From an uncultured virus (IMG/VR IMGVR_UViG_3300050821_008714) (taxonomy: Duplodnaviria; Heunggongvirae; Uroviricota; Caudoviricetes), in IMG/VR virus record IMGVR_UViG_3300050821_008714: a stretch of DNA of 64,000 bases; one strand, given 5' to 3'. Shown in pieces: positions 9,081 to 20,400 of this stretch. Each line of letters starts with the position of its first letter. The stretch's first letter is position 1. The notes beneath the pieces are model-generated. The model had not been told where the DNA came from and did no database searches. It saw only the letters and a program-made list of their open reading frames with translations. The position numbers and the translations under genes are program-made.

Positions 9081-9578
9081 ATGGCCACAGGACCACGGTC
9101 GTTGGTTCAGCCGATCCCCCTGAACCTGTACCCCAACATGCAGGCGTCCTCCGTCTTCCCGGTGTCGGGCAACGGCTTCGACACCGGGTCGCCGGGCGGC
9201 ACGTTCACCGCCTGGACCGTGGCGTCCACGCTGGGCATCATGATCCCGAACAACGGCGAGGTCTTCCTCTGGTACGTGAACGGGGCCACGGCCGCCGTCC
9301 CCTACCAGGTGCTGATCGGCGACCTGATCGGGAACACCGGCCAGGTCGCCCCGGCCACCACGATCGCGGGGACAATCGCGGCGAGCAGCTCCGGCTGGCT
9401 GGGCCCGTGGTCGCCCGCCACGTACAATCAGCAGGCACCCATGAGCGTGACGTACACCGGAGCGACCAACACGCAGGCGCTGACCTCCGCCGCACAGGGC
9501 TGCGTCGTGATCGACTTCACCACCCCCACGATCACGTTCGCCGTACGGGCGTACACTCTGACCCCCGTCTCGCCGTAA
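9081..9578 (+). CDS. Beta-sandwich virion/tail decoration protein
   Basis: PNNGEVFLWYVNG..GPWSPATYNQ; lies between terminator and chaperone genes. Confidence 0.55.
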   Translation: MATGPRSLVQPIPLNLYPNMQASSVFPVSGNGFDTGSPGGTFTAWTVASTLGIMIPNNGEVFLWYVNGATAAVPYQVLIGDLIGNTGQVAPATTIAGTIAASSSGWLGPWSPATYNQQAPMSVTYTGATNTQALTSAAQGCVVIDFTTPTITFAVRAYTLTPVSP

Positions 9579-9588
9579 GGAGCCGCGC

Positions 9589-10035
9589 ATGCCGAAATTC
9601 GACGCAGGAGCCGTAGTCGAGCCGCTCGACTACGACTTCACCACGGTCCGCGGCTACACGCGCAAGTCGGCGAAGGGCACGATCACCGAGCCCAGCGACG
9701 AGAAGATCGCGGCCTTCATCGCCAGCCTGCGCGACATGATGCAGGAGGCCGGGTCGATCGTCGGGGACGGCGGCGACATCACCAACCCGGCGACCTTCCT
9801 CGGGCAGCTCGACTCCTACGACCCGGAGAAGCTGCTGGGGGTGTTCCGAGGCCTGGCGAGCGCCTACTCCACCCTGTGCTCGGGGAGTCCGTCGGTCGAG
9901 GAGATCATCGACCTGCCGCTGCGCGTCCGGGTCCGGTTCTTCGCCTGGCTGCAACAGGAGGTCGTCTCCCCGGAAGTCGGGCCCGGCGCTGGGACCGCGG
10001 CGGTGATTCCGCTCCGATCCGCAGCCGCCGGGTGA
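9589..10035 (+). CDS. Tail assembly chaperone (G-like)
   Basis: AAGGAG RBS; first of two overlapping ORFs preceding the tape measure. Confidence 0.75.
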   Translation: MPKFDAGAVVEPLDYDFTTVRGYTRKSAKGTITEPSDEKIAAFIASLRDMMQEAGSIVGDGGDITNPATFLGQLDSYDPEKLLGVFRGLASAYSTLCSGSPSVEEIIDLPLRVRVRFFAWLQQEVVSPEVGPGAGTAAVIPLRSAAAG

Positions 10036-10304
10036 TCCTCTGCACGGTACGGCGCTACCTGAACATCACCCCGGCCGAGTGGGATTCGCTGGGCTGGGAC
10101 TACCAGCAGATGTACCTGGACCATCTCGACCAGGACGAGGAGATCCCGTTCCGCATCGAGACGTCGCAACCGAACGAACCCGCGGGCGCCGACGGTCCGG
10201 CGACCAGGGAGAATGTTGATATCGGCGCGTCGGTTCTGGACCTGAACGCCATGCGCGCCGATCTGGAGGAGGCACGTAGGAGACGGAGAGGCGGGCTGAG
10301 CTGA
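9969..10304 (+). CDS. Tail assembly chaperone, -1 frameshift extension (T-like)
   Basis: -1 frame is open from before C-CCG-GAA (9969-9975) to 10304; alternative start GTG at 10032. Confidence 0.6.
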   Translation, partial: PGSRARRWDRGGDSAPIRSRRVILCTVRRYLNITPAEWDSLGWDYQQMYLDHLDQDEEIPFRIETSQPNEPAGADGPATRENVDIGASVLDLNAMRADLEEARRRRRGGLS

Positions 10305-13300
10305 TGTCGTTCGACGCCGGCAGCATCGAAGCCTCCATGACCGTCAAGCTCGACCAGTTCAACCGCGATATGGACCAGGCCGAGGCGCGGGTCAGCAAGT
10401 TCGAGTCGGAGAAGCACGAGGTCAAGATCTCCGCCGTCTTCGACACCGCCTCGATGACCCGCGCGCGCAAGCTGTTCGCCGACCTGGACCAGCAGATCTC
10501 CCGGGATGCGGCGCAGCGGCTGCGCACCAACCCGCAGGGGTCCGTGCTCGGCTCGCTGAACTCGCTGTTCTCCCCGCACCCGGTGACCGGCGCCCCGGCC
10601 GCCCAGCAGGCCGGGCAGCAGGGCCTGCTCGGCAAGATGTTCAGCTCCCCGGGCGGCGCGGGCGGCGGCAGCACGGGCGGCACGAACAGCAGCAACAACG
10701 GCGGCATATTCGGCAGCAACAGCTTCCTGTCCGGGCTGATCGGCCGGATCACGGGCGGCGGGTCGTCGTCCGACAAAGCGGCCCAGGACGCCGCCGCGGC
10801 GCAGACGGCAGCCGCCAAATCCATGGCGGACGACTCCAAGAGGCAGACCGGCCTGCTGCAGAAGGCCCTGGCAGGCGACCGGTCCGCCGGCGGCTTCGGC
10901 AACGGCATAGCCGGCGGCATCGGGCCGGGAATCCTCGGCATGGGGATGAAGGCCACCGGCGCCATCGGCATCGGCGGATCCCTGCTGGGAGCCCTGCCCG
11001 CCGCGCTGACGGGCCTCGGCGCGCTCGGCATCGGCGGCGTGGGCATCGGCGCCAGTGCGGCGCTGTTCAAGGGGATCCAGTCCCAGATCACCCCGGTCAG
11101 CCAGCAGGCCGCCCAGATCTCGCAGCAGCAGGCCGCCGGGCTCGGCAACACCGCCGCCGGCGCGCAGCAGATCGCCCAGGAGCAGCAGGCGCTCGCCCAG
11201 TCCACGGCCGCGCTGGGCCCGGCCATGGGCTCGATCTACAAATCCGAGCAGCAGATCTCGAACACCTGGTCGACCTTCACCAACAACTTCGCACCGCTGT
11301 TCGCCGGGGCCATGTCCTCGGTGGCCTCGGTGTTCCAGAAGCTGCAGCCCGCGCTCCAGGGCTTCTTCGGCAACGCGACAAAGCTTATACAGCCGTTTAT
11401 ACAAGGACTCGGCGACGTGGCGGCCCAGGTGCTGCCGCTGCTCGGCCAGGCGTTCGCGGCCGTGGCCCCGCTGATGCGCCCCATGCTCGACGGGATCGGC
11501 GCCCTGTTCACCGGACTGCTGCCCGGCTTGACCACCGCGCTGAAGGGCGCGCAGCCGGCGGTGAACGCCCTGTTCGGCGGGCTGGGCATCATCGGCAAGG
11601 GGCTGGGCCAGATGTTCACTGCCTTCGCTCCGGCGATCAAGGCCAGCAGTGTTGTGCTGAATTCACTCCTGTCGCTCATCTCCGCCCTGCTGCCCACCAT
11701 CGGCACCCTGGCGTCCGTCTTCGCCACGGCCCTGGCCCCCGCGTTCACCGCCTTCGCCGGAACGATCAAGTCCCTGCTGCCCTTCCTGACCGTCGTCGGC
11801 CAGGTGCTGGGCTCCCTGGCGTCGGCCGTCCTCGGCGACCTCGTGTCCGCGTTCACCGCCCTGGCCACGCTGCTGACCGACATCGCGCCCAGCCTGAAGA
11901 TCGTCGCGTCCGTGCTGGGGCAGGTGTTCACCACGCTGGAGAACTCCGGCGTGTTCGCCGACCTCGGCAACGTACTCGAAGCCGTGGTCACGCCGCTGTC
12001 CAAGCTGATCAACCTGCTGGTGGCGCAGCTCGCCCCGCTGCTGCCCGTGATCATCACCATCGTCTCCCAGTTCGCGAACATCCTGGTCAACCTGCTGGCG
12101 GCCGGGCTGACCTCCGTCCTGGAGGGGATCACCTGGCTACTGACCAAGATGCCCTGGCTCGTGCCGCTGCTCGCCTCCATCACGATCGGGGTCTGGGCGT
12201 TCAACGCGGCCCTGGCGGCCAACCCCATCGGGCTGGTCGTGATCGCGGTCGTCGGGCTGATCGGCGCGATAACCCTGCTGGTCACGCACTGGACGCAGGT
12301 CTGGGGCGACATCAAGCACTGGGCGGAGGACGCCTGGAATTTCATCTACAACGGCTTCGGCAAGTACCTGCTGCCGCTGCTCGGCCCGGTCGGCCTGATC
12401 GCCCTCGGCGCGCTGGAGCTGTACCAGCACTGGAACACCGTGTGGGGCGCGATCAAGCAGGTCGGCCTCGACTTCTACCAGTGGATCTGGTCCGACTTCG
12501 GCGCCAAGATCGCCAACTTCCTCACGAACACCCTGCCCAACGCGTTCACCAGCGCGGTAAACGCGATCAGCAGCACCTGGGGCTCGATAGAGGGCATCTT
12601 CAAGACCCCCGTGAACTTCCTGATCAACACCGTGTACATGGGCGGGATCCGCCGGTTCTGGGACGACGTGATGGGCGCGATCGGGCTCAGCAGCCTGAAC
12701 CTGCCGGTGGTGAACGGCCTGGCGGCGGGCGGCGTGATCACGTCCGGGACCGGGCCGACGTCCGACGACGTGCTGATCCGCGCCAGCCGCGGCGAGACCG
12801 TCGTGTCGGCCGCCCACTCGGCCGTGCTCGCCCCGGTGTTCGCGGCCGTCGGCGTGCCGGGGTACGCGGGCGGCGGGGTCGTCGGCGTGCCGAGCATCGT
12901 CGGGCAGATCCTCTCGTCGGCGGTGTCGTCCGGCGTGAAGGATCTGGGCAACGAGCTGCTCAAGCTGATCGGCGTTCCCGCGGGAACGGGCGGCGACCTG
13001 GCGAAGATGCTGGTCGGCATCCCCACGACGATCATCAGCAAGGCCGCTAACTGGGCTCTGAGCGCCATCGGCCTCGGCGGAGGCGGAGGCGGGGGCACCG
13101 CCGGGAGCCCGTCCGGCGGCGCCCCGGCGGCGAACGCTCTGCTGGCGCGGCAGCTGGCCGCGGCCGGCCTGGCGCCGTCGTGGGCGTCCGGGGCTGACTG
13201 GATCAGCTGGAACAACATCGCGATGGCCGAGTCCGGCTGGAACAACTTCGCGAGGAACCCGAGCAGCGGCGCGTACGGCATCCCGCAGGCGCTGCCGTAC

Positions 13301-13729
13301 ACCAAGATGCCGAAGCTGGCCTGGCCCGCGTCGGCGGGCGGCAGCTCCGACCCGTCCACGCAGATCGCCTGGATGATCAACTACATCCAGAGCGTGTACG
13401 GCACCCCGGAGACGGCGTGGGGCCACGAGCAGGCATTCCACTGGTACGGCGGCGGACTGGACGCGATCTTCAACCACCCGACCGTCATCGGCGTCGGCGA
13501 GCGCGGGCCCGAGGCGGTCAGCGTCACGCCGCTGGCGTCCTACGGGGCGAAGGGCGGCGGATCGGCCGGACTGCTCCAGCAGCTCATAGCGGCCATCAAC
13601 AACGAGCGCCCGATGATCGGCACGTACCAGACGGCGTTCTACGGCACCGGCGACACCACCTACGCCCTGCGCGAGCTCACCAGCACGCTGCGCCTGTCAC
13701 AACTGCAATCGGTGGTGGGTGGACCGTGA
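10304..13729 (+). CDS. Tape measure protein with C-terminal lytic transglycosylase (Rpf/SLT-like) domain
   Basis: 1141 aa; Ala/Leu/Gly helical repeats, ANPIGLVV and W-spaced repeats; AESGWNNFARNPSSGAYGIPQALP near the C-terminus. Confidence 0.92.
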   Translation: MSFDAGSIEASMTVKLDQFNRDMDQAEARVSKFESEKHEVKISAVFDTASMTRARKLFADLDQQISRDAAQRLRTNPQGSVLGSLNSLFSPHPVTGAPAAQQAGQQGLLGKMFSSPGGAGGGSTGGTNSSNNGGIFGSNSFLSGLIGRITGGGSSSDKAAQDAAAAQTAAAKSMADDSKRQTGLLQKALAGDRSAGGFGNGIAGGIGPGILGMGMKATGAIGIGGSLLGALPAALTGLGALGIGGVGIGASAALFKGIQSQITPVSQQAAQISQQQAAGLGNTAAGAQQIAQEQQALAQSTAALGPAMGSIYKSEQQISNTWSTFTNNFAPLFAGAMSSVASVFQKLQPALQGFFGNATKLIQPFIQGLGDVAAQVLPLLGQAFAAVAPLMRPMLDGIGALFTGLLPGLTTALKGAQPAVNALFGGLGIIGKGLGQMFTAFAPAIKASSVVLNSLLSLISALLPTIGTLASVFATALAPAFTAFAGTIKSLLPFLTVVGQVLGSLASAVLGDLVSAFTALATLLTDIAPSLKIVASVLGQVFTTLENSGVFADLGNVLEAVVTPLSKLINLLVAQLAPLLPVIITIVSQFANILVNLLAAGLTSVLEGITWLLTKMPWLVPLLASITIGVWAFNAALAANPIGLVVIAVVGLIGAITLLVTHWTQVWGDIKHWAEDAWNFIYNGFGKYLLPLLGPVGLIALGALELYQHWNTVWGAIKQVGLDFYQWIWSDFGAKIANFLTNTLPNAFTSAVNAISSTWGSIEGIFKTPVNFLINTVYMGGIRRFWDDVMGAIGLSSLNLPVVNGLAAGGVITSGTGPTSDDVLIRASRGETVVSAAHSAVLAPVFAAVGVPGYAGGGVVGVPSIVGQILSSAVSSGVKDLGNELLKLIGVPAGTGGDLAKMLVGIPTTIISKAANWALSAIGLGGGGGGGTAGSPSGGAPAANALLARQLAAAGLAPSWASGADWISWNNIAMAESGWNNFARNPSSGAYGIPQALPYTKMPKLAWPASAGGSSDPSTQIAWMINYIQSVYGTPETAWGHEQAFHWYGGGLDAIFNHPTVIGVGERGPEAVSVTPLASYGAKGGGSAGLLQQLIAAINNERPMIGTYQTAFYGTGDTTYALRELTSTLRLSQLQSVVGGP

Positions 13730-15135
13730 CGGATCCGATCCTCAGCTCGGGCCAGTACTCCATCGACGGCCTGGTGTTCGGAGCAGGCCAGACCCTGTCG
13801 ATCGCCAAGACGGTGGTCAGCCCCGGCAGCGCGGTCGCGCAGGACGTCCAGCTGGTGAACAACGACGGACGGCGGTTCGGCTTCGACGTGCTGCCCGGCA
13901 TGGCGATCTCCTTCACCGGACAGGCTTTCCTCCAGGGCGACACCGGACTGGCCGAGCTGAACGCGTTCGACGCCTTCGCCGCGGCCTGGGAGAAGAAGTC
14001 GGTCCGGTGGAACCCCGGCGCGATCAGCACCCTGAGGATGCTCTACCGGGGCAGCTCCGTCACCCGGCGCGTCTACGGCCGGGGCCGCAACTGCGCACCC
14101 GTCCTCGGCCTGGTGACGCAGGGGTACCTGCCGTTCACCGCCGACTTCGACTGCGCCGACAACGTGTTCTACGGGGACGTGCTGAACTCCTTCACCCTGG
14201 GCACCGCCTACGCGTTCTCCGGCGGCGGCGTGGCGCCTCCGCTCACCCCGCCGGTGGCCCTGGCCGCGGTGCAGACGGCGAACAACATGGTGCCCGCGGC
14301 CGACTCCGACTTCGAGCTCCCGTGGACGGGCAACTGGACGCCGCAGACGCTGATCTCCTCCCTCGGGCAGTCGACCGACTGGTCCAACATCGGCACGCAC
14401 TCGATGAAGGCCGTGATCACCGGTTCGGGCACCGCGGTCGTCAACTACGCGAACCTGTCCGTGATCGCAGGGCTGTCCTACGACGCCAGCCTGGTCGCCA
14501 AGGTCAGTTCGGGCAGCGGGACGGCGACGCTGTCCGGGCAGTGGCTCAACAGCTCGCTGACGCCCATCGGGTCCCCGGTCACCTTCGGAACCGTGACGGC
14601 CACGACCACCGCGGCCCCGATCACCGGCCTGCAGGCCGCCCCGGTCGGCGCGGCGTGGCTCGCCCTGTCCGTCAGCTACGCGGCGTCGGGCTCCGTCAGC
14701 TTCTACGCGGACACGGTCGTGGTCACGCAGGGCGTCTACTACGGCAACGCGATCCTGAACTCCGGCAGCACCGACACCTGGCCCGTGATCACGATCACAG
14801 GGCCGTGCACCAACCCGTCGATCGTCTACCAGGGGAGATCGGTCTCGCTGATGCTGCAGACCGCCCTGGCCGCGAACCAGACAGCCGTGATCTCCACTGT
14901 CCCGTGGAACCGGTATGTTGGCATCACCAACTCGATCGGAGCCGATCCGTACGGATCCACGCCGGTCGCCGCGTCGCTGTCCGGGATCGTGCGCGGAAAC
15001 CCGCTGGACCAGATGATGGTGCCGGGAGGGGCCCTTGTGCCGGTCACCTACTCGTCCCAGGATCTGACCGGGACCTCGCGGTGCACGGTGTCCTGGCGCA
15101 ACGCTTTCAAGACGATCGGAGGCTCGGTGCCGTGA
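13726..15135 (+). CDS. Distal tail protein (Dit) with inserted carbohydrate-binding-like module
   Basis: First gene after the tape measure; N..DSDFE..W insert; NSGSTDTWPVITITGPCTNP. Confidence 0.75.
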   Translation: MTDPILSSGQYSIDGLVFGAGQTLSIAKTVVSPGSAVAQDVQLVNNDGRRFGFDVLPGMAISFTGQAFLQGDTGLAELNAFDAFAAAWEKKSVRWNPGAISTLRMLYRGSSVTRRVYGRGRNCAPVLGLVTQGYLPFTADFDCADNVFYGDVLNSFTLGTAYAFSGGGVAPPLTPPVALAAVQTANNMVPAADSDFELPWTGNWTPQTLISSLGQSTDWSNIGTHSMKAVITGSGTAVVNYANLSVIAGLSYDASLVAKVSSGSGTATLSGQWLNSSLTPIGSPVTFGTVTATTTAAPITGLQAAPVGAAWLALSVSYAASGSVSFYADTVVVTQGVYYGNAILNSGSTDTWPVITITGPCTNPSIVYQGRSVSLMLQTALAANQTAVISTVPWNRYVGITNSIGADPYGSTPVAASLSGIVRGNPLDQMMVPGGALVPVTYSSQDLTGTSRCTVSWRNAFKTIGGSVP

Positions 15136-16106
15136 CCTGGGTTCAAGGACTGTGGGCGGTCGACGGGAACACCCTCGACGCGTCTCTGTGGCGCCAGGAA
15201 CTGTACGCCGGCACACTCAAAAGGTCCGGGATCATGGCGCCGACGGACCTCAAGGTCACGGCGTTCAGCACTCCCGGCGCGGGAGTCAACGTGGCCGGGG
15301 GGTCCTGCGTCATCGCCGGGCAGGAGCTGTCCGGCGGACAGCAGGGCAGCTACTACGGCTTCAACAACGGCACCGACACGGTGGCCGTGTCGGCCACCGG
15401 CGGATCCGCCCGCTCCGACCTGATCATCGCCAGGGTAGAGGACCCGACGTTCTCCGGGTCCCCCTGGTCGTGGAACCCGGCGACGCAGAACCTGATCTAC
15501 TCGCGCGACCTGTCGGGCGTGGCCGGCGGCACGACGACCGTGCCCGCCGGGACGACCGGCATCCCGCTCGCCCGGATCGACATCCCGTCCAGCACGACGA
15601 ACATCACCAACGCGATGATCACCGACCTGCGGGCGCTGGCCAACCCGGCCCGCGAGACGGACCTGTACGTCCTGACCCCGACGTCGACCGACACGATGAA
15701 CGCCAGCACGGACAGCAAGACGACGATGCGCAACTGGGGCCCGGCGTTCCCCTCCGTCTACATCCCGACGTGGGCCGTGACGATGCGCGTCATGTTCACC
15801 GTCGCGGCGAGCGCTGTCGGCGGCAGCAGCTACGGATGCGCCATCGTGATGCAGATCAAGGTCGGGTCGTCGATCACGTCGCAGGTCGGAGGGATGGGCG
15901 ACCCGGGAGTGGGCGCTATCCTCGCCGGGTTCCAGTCTGTCGGCATGCTCGGCGACAACATCAACGTCTCCTCGCTGCAGGGGCAGACCGTGACGGTCCA
16001 GCCGCAGGCGCGAATCGCCAACACCGTGAACGTCCAGGGGACGATATCGATCAACTCGTCCTCCACGGAGACCCTGATGTGCCACTTCCTGGAGGCACCG
16101 CAGTAG
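15132..16106 (+). CDS. Minor tail/baseplate protein
   Basis: DLKVTA..GVNVAGG..RSDLIIARVEDP..IPLARIDIP..ITNAMITDLR pattern of actinophage minor tail proteins. Confidence 0.75.
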   Translation: MTWVQGLWAVDGNTLDASLWRQELYAGTLKRSGIMAPTDLKVTAFSTPGAGVNVAGGSCVIAGQELSGGQQGSYYGFNNGTDTVAVSATGGSARSDLIIARVEDPTFSGSPWSWNPATQNLIYSRDLSGVAGGTTTVPAGTTGIPLARIDIPSSTTNITNAMITDLRALANPARETDLYVLTPTSTDTMNASTDSKTTMRNWGPAFPSVYIPTWAVTMRVMFTVAASAVGGSSYGCAIVMQIKVGSSITSQVGGMGDPGVGAILAGFQSVGMLGDNINVSSLQGQTVTVQPQARIANTVNVQGTISINSSSTETLMCHFLEAPQ

Positions 16107-17402
16107 ATGGCGGAGCACTGGCAGTACATCGCGCAGCGCATCCTGGACGGCACCTGGCTGGACCGGGTAGGCGCGCAGATGTCGGCCGTCACGATGACCT
16201 GGGACCTGGCCACCGACCAGTTCCAGGGGACGATCAGCCCGCAGGACAAGGAGCGCATCGCCAGCGACGGGCTGCCGCTTTTCGACGAGTGGTCGACCGC
16301 GATCTACGCCGTCGAATCAGGGGTCATCCGCTGGGGCGGCCTGCTGGTCGACTCCGACTTCACTGGGTCCTCGTGGGTGCTCAACGCCGTCGGCTTCCGC
16401 GGGTATCCGAACGGCAACGTGTACAACGGGGCCGTCTACACGCAGAACGCCGTCGACCCACTGTCCGTGGCCCGATACATCTGGTCGTACCTGCAGTCGC
16501 AGCCGAACGGGAACCTCGGGCTCACCGTCGACTCCACGACGAGCTCGGCCCGGATCGGCACGGCCAGCTTCGTCGTATCGACCGGAAGCGAGACGCTGGC
16601 CCAGATCGCGGCGCTGACCAACCTAACCCTGGCGCAGCTCCAGGCGCTGAACACGGCGGCCAACCGGCACGCCAACGGATTCGCGTACCAGACGCTGCCC
16701 GCCACGGGCAACGTACCCAACGGGGTGCAGGTCATCACCGCGCTGGCTCCGTACGTCCTGGCCTGGTACAACGCCACCGACTGCGGGCAGGAGCTGACCA
16801 ACCTCGCGCAGACCGCGCCGTTCGACATGTCCGAGTCGCACGCGTGGACGGACTCGACGCAGAACGCCGTATCCCACCGGCTGATCCTCGGCTACCCGCG
16901 GATCGGCAACCGGGAGCAGGAGCTCCGGTTCGTCGAGGGCGAGAACATCACCGCGCTGGTCGACGTGTCCCGTAACGGAGCCTCGTACGCCAACGAGATC
17001 CTGGGGGTCGGCGCGGGCACCGGTTCGGCCGCGATCCGGGCCGCCGTCGGGTCCCCGGACGCCAACCGGCTGCGCAGGTGCGGATCGGTCGTCAACCAGG
17101 CGATCACCGGCACGAACCAGTTGTCGGTGATCGCCCAGAAGGCGCTGACATCGCTGCAGGCCCCGCTAGGCGGGCAGATCGCCAGCTGCACCTGGCAGAA
17201 CCACCCGAACGCGCCGCTCGGGAGCTTCATGCAGGGCGACGACATCCTGATCACGGTGATGAACGGCTGGCTGGCCGGCCAGTCCATCTGGCACAGGATC
17301 AAGTCGTTCACCTACGACCCGGCGACCAGGACGGGCACGCTCACCCTGGCCCGCAGCGACTCCTTCACCTACCAGCCGTCCGCCACTACGGTGACATCAT
17401 GA
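16107..17402 (+). CDS. Tail hub/Tal-like minor tail protein with LysM-like insertion
   Basis: IRWGGLL..GYPRIG..EGENI..YANE..GAG hub motifs; insert VVSTGSETLAQIAALTNLTLAQLQALN. Confidence 0.75.
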   Translation: MAEHWQYIAQRILDGTWLDRVGAQMSAVTMTWDLATDQFQGTISPQDKERIASDGLPLFDEWSTAIYAVESGVIRWGGLLVDSDFTGSSWVLNAVGFRGYPNGNVYNGAVYTQNAVDPLSVARYIWSYLQSQPNGNLGLTVDSTTSSARIGTASFVVSTGSETLAQIAALTNLTLAQLQALNTAANRHANGFAYQTLPATGNVPNGVQVITALAPYVLAWYNATDCGQELTNLAQTAPFDMSESHAWTDSTQNAVSHRLILGYPRIGNREQELRFVEGENITALVDVSRNGASYANEILGVGAGTGSAAIRAAVGSPDANRLRRCGSVVNQAITGTNQLSVIAQKALTSLQAPLGGQIASCTWQNHPNAPLGSFMQGDDILITVMNGWLAGQSIWHRIKSFTYDPATRTGTLTLARSDSFTYQPSATTVTS

Positions 17403-20400
17403 TCGACCCCGTGCTGGCCAGAGCGCTCACCGCGCTCAACGACGAGATGCGCAAACTGCAGGGGCAGGTCAAGAATCTGCAGCAGGCGCAGACCCAGAGC
17501 CAGCTGGGGCACTCCAGCATCGACGACGGGTTCCTGACAGTCGTCAGCGGCGGCACGGTGCGCCAGATCATCGGGGTGCAGCCCGACGGCACCGTCACCT
17601 CCGTGGACCAGAACGCGCCGGCCCCGCCGAGCCCCTCGACGCCGACCGTGACCCCGGCGCCGGCCGGGCTGACGGTCGCCTGGGACGGCACGTTCCCCGG
17701 CGCGGCGCAGCCGCTGGACTTCGCCAACGTCGAGGTGCACGTCTCCACCACCCCGGGCTTCACCCCCAGCATCGCCACGCTGCGCGGGGCCCTGCTGAAG
17801 GCCGGGCAGACCACCGTGACGCCGCTGTCCTCCGGCACCACCTACTACGTCGGCCTGGTGGCGGCCAACACGTCCGGCGTCGAGAGCGCGGTCAGCGCCG
17901 AGGTGTCCGGCGTGCCGTCGGCCGTCCTGTTCTCGCCGGTCACCGCCAGCGAGATCGGGTACATCGGCGTCCTGAACGCCAATCCCTACTTCACCGGCGG
18001 GGACATCACCGGCTGGATCGCCGGCGGCGGAACGCCGGGCACGGTCAGCGTCGTCAACACGCAGCCGGCCGGGTCCCCCTACGCCTACGCACTGCAGATG
18101 GTCTCGAACGTCACGGGCGGCGGCGACGCCTACGAGCCCGGCCCCCCGGCGTTCCCCGCGATACCCAGCACGCAGTACATGGTCACCGGACTGTTCTACA
18201 CGCCGGGGACCTCGGTGAACCTGGGGCTGTCGTTCCTGCTCAACGGCGTGTGGGTGTCCGATGTGCACAACACGGTCACTGTCACGCCGAACACCTGGAC
18301 GCAGGTCACCACGGTCGTCACCGCGCCGTCGTCCGGGATCAACGGCGCCGGCCCGATGTTCTCCACACCCGGCCAGTCCAGCCAGTACACCATGTACGGC
18401 CAGGCGATCACAGCGCTGCCCCAGGTTCCGGGCGGCCTGATCCAGGCGGGCACGATCACAGCCACGCAGCTGGCGGCGGCCTCGGTCACAGCGGGCGCCA
18501 TCGCGGCCGGGACGATCGTCGCCGGAATCGTCAACGGAACCACGGTCGAGGCGGCCACCCTCCTGGTCGACAGCACGGGCCCGGGCACGGGCGAGTTCAT
18601 CTACAACGGCACGGGCGCCCTCGGCAACCTGATCGGATCGTGGTCGGCCGTCGCGGGCACCGACGCGCACGGAAACCCGTATCCCATCGGGCTGAGCGCG
18701 AACCAGGGCATGCTGACGGGCGTCGGGCTGAGCAACGCGGAGATCGCCTCCAGCCAGCTCGACGCCTGCACCATCAACAACGCCGTGATCAACGCCCCCA
18801 GCAGCTCGGGCGGCACGGCCCTGGAGCTGGCCGTCACCTTCGACACGACCGGCGGCAACCTGCTGATCTACACGTCGACCACGACGACCACGACGATCAC
18901 AACCGCCGGGGAGGGGACGTGGACGGCCCCGGCTGGGTCATCCGGATCAGCGAAGATCGAATGCTGGGGCGCGGGAGGCGGCGCGGGAAACTTCGCGGGC
19001 AGCGCCGGAGGCGGCGGCGGCGGCGGCGGCGAATACGCCTGCGAGCCCAACTACCAGATCACGGCGGGGCAGACCTACACGTACAACGTGGGCGCCGGGG
19101 GCGACGGGACCACCAACGGCGGGGGCGGCAACGGGAACGACACGTGGTTCGACGCCATGAACGTGTTCGCCAACGGCGGCACCGGAGGCGGAACGGATCC
19201 GAACCACATCGGCGGCTACTGGGCCAGAGGGATCGGCGGCACCGGATCCACCAACACCGTCCACCACAACGGCGCCCAGGGAGGCAACGGCTACCAGTCG
19301 GCCAACGCGGGCGGCGGCGGAGGAGGCAGCAGCGCGGGCCCTGCGGCGGCGGGGAACAACGGGCTGGACGGCAACAGCTCGGGCGTCGGCGGCACCGGAG
19401 GCAGCGCGCCCACGGGCGGAGGCGCAGGCGGACACGGCGGGAACTCCAACGTATCGGGATCAGCGGCCAGCGCCCCCGGCGGCGGCGGCGGCGGGGCGGG
19501 GAACAACGGCGGATCGAGCAGCAGGATCGACACGTTCGACCCCACGGGCACCTACTCCTACTACGGATCCGACAACACCCAGGGATTCGCGCTGAATCTG
19601 AGCAACGCCAACGGGAACATGCAGCAGGGCTGCCCTAACAACCCTGCCATAGGAACGTTCTTCAGCTTCGCGCACTACAACTACACGGCCATCCAGGCCG
19701 CGCTGAGCGGCAGGACGATCGACTCGGTGAGCCTCACCGTGGACTGCCTGCACTCCTGGTGGAACTCGGGGATGACCGCCTATCTGGATTACACGAATAT
19801 CGACACCTTCCCGTCGAATATCACATTCCCCAGCTCGACGCATATCGGCAGCTTCGCTATAGGGCAGACGCAGACGGAGGCGTTCTCCCTCCCGACCAGC
19901 GTCGGAACGGCGTTCCAGAGCGGCGCGGCCCACACCCTGATGTTCAGCGCGCCCAGCCAGAACCCCAGCTACTACGGGTACTTCCAGGGAGGCAGCGCGG
20001 GGCCGCCCGCGCCCCGGCTGGTCATCGTCAGCCACTCGGGATCGAGCACGGTGACGTCGGCGGCCGGCGGCAACGGGCAGATGAAGATCACATACATCAG
20101 CGGATCGGCCCTGGCGGCGTCGTTCTCCTCGACGGCGTTCACCGACGCCGGGGGGAACTCGATCCCGATCGGCATCATGACGAACCCGATGTACGCCATC
20201 CAGCCGGGGTCCAGCCCGGCCGTGGAGGAAACCTGGCACGCGGTCACCCCGGCGTCCGGGTGGACCCTGTCCGGGATGCTCCCGGGGCTGTCCTACCGCC
20301 TCCTGCCGGACGGGAACGCGCAACTGGAAGGCAACATCAAGTACTCGGGCACCCCGCTGTCCGGCTGGACGATGACCACGCTGCCGTCGGCGTACTGGCC

